DNA of 64,000 nucleotides from an uncultured Treponema sp. (lineage in GTDB: Bacteria; Spirochaetota; Spirochaetia; Treponematales; Treponemataceae), in the NCBI GenBank assembly GCA_947166355.1, contig CAMVDX010000012.1, positions 3,585 to 67,584 of the forward strand, read 5' to 3'. Below the pieces are notes generated by a model, which saw only the letters and a list, made by a program, of their open reading frames with translations, did no database searches and had not been told where the DNA came from. A program made the position numbers and the translations under genes. Below, one piece after another: positions 60,474 through 64,000 of the stretch; within the stretch, counting starts at the first letter, position 1; each line of letters opens with the position of its first letter.

Positions 60474-60543
60474 TACCTTATAATTATATTTCAAGTTCCC
60501 GTTTCTTTCAAGGTAAACTAAATATATTATTCAATTTTTATAT

Positions 60544-60578
60544 AAAAAAAACCGCCACCCCATTGGATGACGGTTTAC
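60544..60578 (-). terminator. Terminator of the alpha operon
   Basis: On the minus strand AAACCGTCATCC-loop-GGTGGCGG followed by a T run. Confidence 0.75.
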
Positions 60579-60598
60579 AAAAGTCTGTAAAACAGAAC

Positions 60599-60838
60599 TT
60601 ACTCAGCAGCTTCGGCCGGAGCTTCTTCTGCAGGAGCTTCAGCTGGCTTAGCTTTTCTTGCTTCAACACGAGCTTCATTCTTAAGCTTAGCATTGCAGAA
60701 CTTACAAACTTTTACAGTCTGACCATTAATTTCCTTTTCCCAAAGAACTTTGATATCTTCTTTTCCACAGATAGCACAAGTTCCTCTTCCGTGTGCAGGT
60801 AATGATCTGATTCCAGATCCACGATGGTTCTTTGACAT
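60599..60838 (-). CDS. Small Zn-ribbon protein, last gene of the alpha operon
   Basis: AAGGAG SD overlapping the rplQ stop; CAICGK...KVCKFC. Confidence 0.8.
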   Translation of the reverse strand: MSKNHRGSGIRSLPAHGRGTCAICGKEDIKVLWEKEINGQTVKVCKFCNAKLKNEARVEARKAKPAEAPAEEAPAEAAE

Positions 60839-60849
60839 ATCGAACTCCT

Positions 60850-61359
60850 TTAGTTAGCTGGAGCTTCTTCTTTCTTTTCAGAAGCTTTCTTTGTAGCTGC
60901 TTTCTTAGACTTAGCATCAGAGCCTGCATCTTTTGCAGCAGGTTTCTTTGCCTTAGATTCAGCCTTCTTTGCAGGCTTTTCTTCAGACTTATCAGCATCA
61001 AGCTTGTAGTCTACCAGTTCAAGAATTACAACATCTGCGGCATCGCCCTGACGATATCCGAGCTTAAGAACACGAGTGTAACCACCGTTTCTTTCTTTCA
61101 TGCGTGGACCAATCTCAGTAAAGAGCTTGTTCAAGATTTTTTCATCCTGAATAAATTTTGCAGCTTCACGGCGATTGTGTACAGTATCTTCTTTTGCTCT
61201 TGTAATAAGCTTTTCAGCAGATTTTCTTACTTCAAGAGCCTTTGATTTTGTAGTAGTAATACGCTCATATCTGAAGAGCGAAGTTACCATATTGCGTGAC
61301 ATAGCACGACGATGTGCTGTTGTACGTGAAAGCGGATTAAAACCATTTCTATGATTCAT
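60850..61359 (-). CDS. rplQ: 50S ribosomal protein L17
   Basis: [13 protein letters not shown] and GGYTRVLK motifs. Confidence 0.97.
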   Translation of the reverse strand: MNHRNGFNPLSRTTAHRRAMSRNMVTSLFRYERITTTKSKALEVRKSAEKLITRAKEDTVHNRREAAKFIQDEKILNKLFTEIGPRMKERNGGYTRVLKLGYRQGDAADVVILELVDYKLDADKSEEKPAKKAESKAKKPAAKDAGSDAKSKKAATKKASEKKEEAPAN

Positions 61360-62407
61360 CTGTTTCTTCCTTCTGCTTAATTATATTAGCAGCATTCTTC
61401 AGATGACTGTAATCTGTCATACCAAGTGTAAGGTTCCATTCCTGGAGCTTTTCCTTGATTTCCTGCAGACTCTTCTTTCCAAAGTTTCTTGTCTTTGCAA
61501 TGTCATCTTCAGTCTTCTTTGTTAATTCGCCGATTGTACGAATATTTGCATTCTTTAAACAATTTGATGAACGTACTGAAAGCTCAAGTTCCTCAACAGG
61601 AGTGTCGAGAATCTTTTTGATTGTTTCGTCACCTTCGTCACCTTCATCACCACCAGAAATCTCGCTGTCATTGAAGTTAACAAAGATTGCAAAGTGATCT
61701 TTAGCAATCTTAGCAGCTTCACCAAGCGCATTTACAGGTGAAATAGTTCCATCAGTCCAAATCTCAAGAACAAGCTTGTCATAGTCATTACGCTGACCAA
61801 CACGACAAGGTTCAATTGAATATTTTACCTTTGGAACAGGAGTGAAAATGGCATCCATAGGAATTGTTCCAACAACTTCTATGTAATGTTCATTCGTTTC
61901 AGCAGGTACATATCCTCTACCAAGGTCAACCTGAATTTCAATATCAAGCTGAGCGCCTTCCATCATTGTAAAGATAACCTGATCCTTAGTCTTGATTTCA
62001 AGCTGTCCTTCCTTAGCAAAATCATCACTCTTTACTACACCAGGACCTTTGAACTCATACTGAATTGTATCAGACTCAACGTCTTCCGGTAAGCATAACC
62101 GTATCATCTTAAGACTGTTGATAATCTCAAGAGTATCTTCAGCTACATTTGGAATTGCTTCAAATTCGCTGGAAATAACGTGAGAAATACCACTTTCATC
62201 ATAAGAAGTGATACGGATAGAGGTAATTGCATAACCTTGGATAGATGACAACAATACTCTTCTTAAAGTGTTTCCAACTGTTGTACCAAAACCTGTTTCA
62301 AACGGGTAGGCATAAAACTTCTGATAATTCGGATTGGTACTGTCAATCGGTTCAAATTGAATACCTTTAGGTTTTTTGAAACCTTTAAGTAAGTTTTTGC
62401 GAGCCAT
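61349..62407 (-). CDS. rpoA: RNA polymerase alpha subunit
   Basis: [11 protein letters not shown] and [12 protein letters not shown] motifs. Confidence 0.97.
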   Translation of the reverse strand: MARKNLLKGFKKPKGIQFEPIDSTNPNYQKFYAYPFETGFGTTVGNTLRRVLLSSIQGYAITSIRITSYDESGISHVISSEFEAIPNVAEDTLEIINSLKMIRLCLPEDVESDTIQYEFKGPGVVKSDDFAKEGQLEIKTKDQVIFTMMEGAQLDIEIQVDLGRGYVPAETNEHYIEVVGTIPMDAIFTPVPKVKYSIEPCRVGQRNDYDKLVLEIWTDGTISPVNALGEAAKIAKDHFAIFVNFNDSEISGGDEGDEGDETIKKILDTPVEELELSVRSSNCLKNANIRTIGELTKKTEDDIAKTRNFGKKSLQEIKEKLQEWNLTLGMTDYSHLKNAANIIKQKEETDES

Positions 62408-62422
62408 CTAAACTCCTCTTTA

Positions 62423-63022
62423 TTATTTAGAATAATATTCAACAATAAGATTCTCTTTAACTGCATAGTCAATATCTGAACGTGCAGCCAAGTTTACAAC
62501 CTTTCCAGTAAATTTTTCAGCATCTACTTCGAGCCAGCCAGGAACAACCTTGTTATCGCTGTTAGCGAGAACGATTGTTTTGATGCCAGCAGAAGCTCTG
62601 CTTTCTTCTTTGACAGAAATTACATCGCCTACCTTTACGAGATAAGAAGGAATATCAACCTTCTTGCCATTCACTGTAATGTGACCATGATTTACCATCT
62701 GTCTAGCCTGCTGACGAGTCTTTGCGAATCCCATTCGATAGATAACATTATCAAGACGAGACTCAAGAATCTGCAGCAAAACTTCACCAGTAACGCCAGT
62801 CTTTTTTGTAGCCATTACATAGTACTTGCGGAACTGCTTTTCGAGAACGCCATAAATGAAGCGGAGCTTCTGCTTTTCCATAAGCTGAAGACCATATTCA
62901 GACTTCTTAGCTCTTCTTACTTCTTTCTGATTTCTCTTTGATTCCTTTGTATAACCCATTACTACAGGGTTAATACCCAAGGCTTTACATCTCTTTAAGA
63001 GAGGCTGTGTGCTTTTACCCAT
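62423..63022 (-). CDS. rpsD: 30S ribosomal protein S4
   Basis: SEYGLQL.EKQK, LESRLDN and IVEYYSK motifs. Confidence 0.97.
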   Translation of the reverse strand: MGKSTQPLLKRCKALGINPVVMGYTKESKRNQKEVRRAKKSEYGLQLMEKQKLRFIYGVLEKQFRKYYVMATKKTGVTGEVLLQILESRLDNVIYRMGFAKTRQQARQMVNHGHITVNGKKVDIPSYLVKVGDVISVKEESRASAGIKTIVLANSDNKVVPGWLEVDAEKFTGKVVNLAARSDIDYAVKENLIVEYYSK

Positions 63023-63041
63023 AACGTATTCTCCTTAAGAT

Positions 63042-63422
63042 TTACATGCGTCGAGTCTTACGAGGACGACAGCCATTGTGAGGAATTGGAGTAACATCAG
63101 AAATAGACTTTACTCTCAAGCCCATAGCACCAATAGAACGGATAGCGTTTTCACGACCCATTCCAGGTCCCTTTACATATACGTGAACTTCACGCAAACC
63201 GTAGCTGGCAGCCTTCTGAAGAGCAGTTTCTGCTACAGACTGAGCTGCAAATGGAGTAGATTTTTTTGCTCCACGGAATCCCAGACCGCCTGAAGATGCC
63301 CAAGAAAGAGCATTTCCCTTCATGTCTGTTACAGTTACGATAGTATTATTGAACGTAGCCTGGATATAAACATTTCCTTCGTATACGCTCTTTTTTTCCT
63401 TTCGTTTCTTAACGGTAGCCAT
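63042..63422 (-). CDS. rpsK: 30S ribosomal protein S11
   Basis: FNNTIVT and [12 protein letters not shown] motifs. Confidence 0.98.
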   Translation of the reverse strand: MATVKKRKEKKSVYEGNVYIQATFNNTIVTVTDMKGNALSWASSGGLGFRGAKKSTPFAAQSVAETALQKAASYGLREVHVYVKGPGMGRENAIRSIGAMGLRVKSISDVTPIPHNGCRPRKTRRM

Positions 63423-63438
63423 TAATTATTCCTCCGCC

Positions 63439-63807
63439 TTATGCTTTCTTCTTATTAGCAACAGTCTTCTTCTTACCCTTACGAGTACGTGCGTTTGTAC
63501 GAGTTCTCTGACCGCGTACTGGAAGACCATGTTTGTGACGAAGACCACGATAGCAACCAATATCCATTAAACGCTTAAGGTTAAGACCGATTTCAGAACG
63601 GAGACGTCCTTCTGTCTTGTATTCAGCGTCAATGATTTCACGAATCTTTGCCAATTCATCCTGTGTAAGATCATTAGCCATTTTTGTTGGTTCAATCTTA
63701 GCTTTCTCGCAGATTGCATCTGCAGATGAACGGCCGATACCATAAATATAAGTTAAAGCAATTCTTACATGCTTGTTAGGGATATCAACTCCCGCAATTC
63801 GAGCCAT
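63439..63807 (-). CDS. rpsM: 30S ribosomal protein S13
   Basis: MARIAGV and [17 protein letters not shown] motifs. Confidence 0.98.
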   Translation of the reverse strand: MARIAGVDIPNKHVRIALTYIYGIGRSSADAICEKAKIEPTKMANDLTQDELAKIREIIDAEYKTEGRLRSEIGLNLKRLMDIGCYRGLRHKHGLPVRGQRTRTNARTRKGKKKTVANKKKA

Positions 63808-63824
63808 CTGTTTCTCCTTAAGCC

Positions 63825-63938
63825 TTAGCCCTGTCTCTGCTTATGTTTTGGGTTTGAACAAATGATACGAATAATACCATTTCTCTTAATAACCTTACAC
63901 TTATCACAGATAGGTTTTACACTGGTTCGTACTTTCAT
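63825..63938 (-). CDS. rpmJ: 50S ribosomal protein L36 (not in the ORF track)
   Basis: Hand translation gives [37 protein letters not shown]. Confidence 0.96.
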   Translation of the reverse strand: MKVRTSVKPICDKCKVIKRNGIIRIICSNPKHKQRQG

Positions 63939-64000
63939 ATAAAAGCCCCCATGAGAATATTTTTTACCGAATCTTAAGCACCTCGCAATGAGAGCAATTC

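Overview
Bacterial chromosomal window, very probably from a gut or rumen Treponema (spirochete). The evidence is the PilZ/DUF192/cNMP-protein/murB/cysS/ECF-sigma neighbourhood, an archaeal-type UMP kinase, a circularly permuted MglB and a solo FliG-C protein. The left ~28 kb is accessory: an amino-acid symporter, a MATE-DUF2156-YkgJ-MATE cluster, FliG-C and PcfJ-like genes, a GH51 arabinofuranosidase, an acyltransferase-3, a complete TonB-dependent receptor/ExbB/ExbD x2/TonB operon, two ABC exporters, a hydrolase, a two-component system and a Cthe_2159-type lipoprotein. The rest is mostly core: tkt, PTS IIA, rpmB, mglBAC/LacI/galTK, uvrB, htrA, radC, pyrH, an ECF sigma operon, cysS, murB and the rpmJ-rpsMKD-rpoA-rplQ operon. 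I saw no rRNA, tRNA, CRISPR array, transposase or integrase. The unexplained signal is mostly intergenic: at least four families of palindromic repeats (some nested, some with tandemly duplicated ends), a ~215-nt multibranched inverted-repeat element with a deleted second copy, and a 23-unit GCTAA(C/T)A array. Notable proteins are an L28-like Zn-ribbon ORF closing the alpha operon, a Clostridia-like S4 inside that operon and a transglutaminase-like protein lacking its catalytic Cys. All family calls come from motif recognition by eye; no searches were run.
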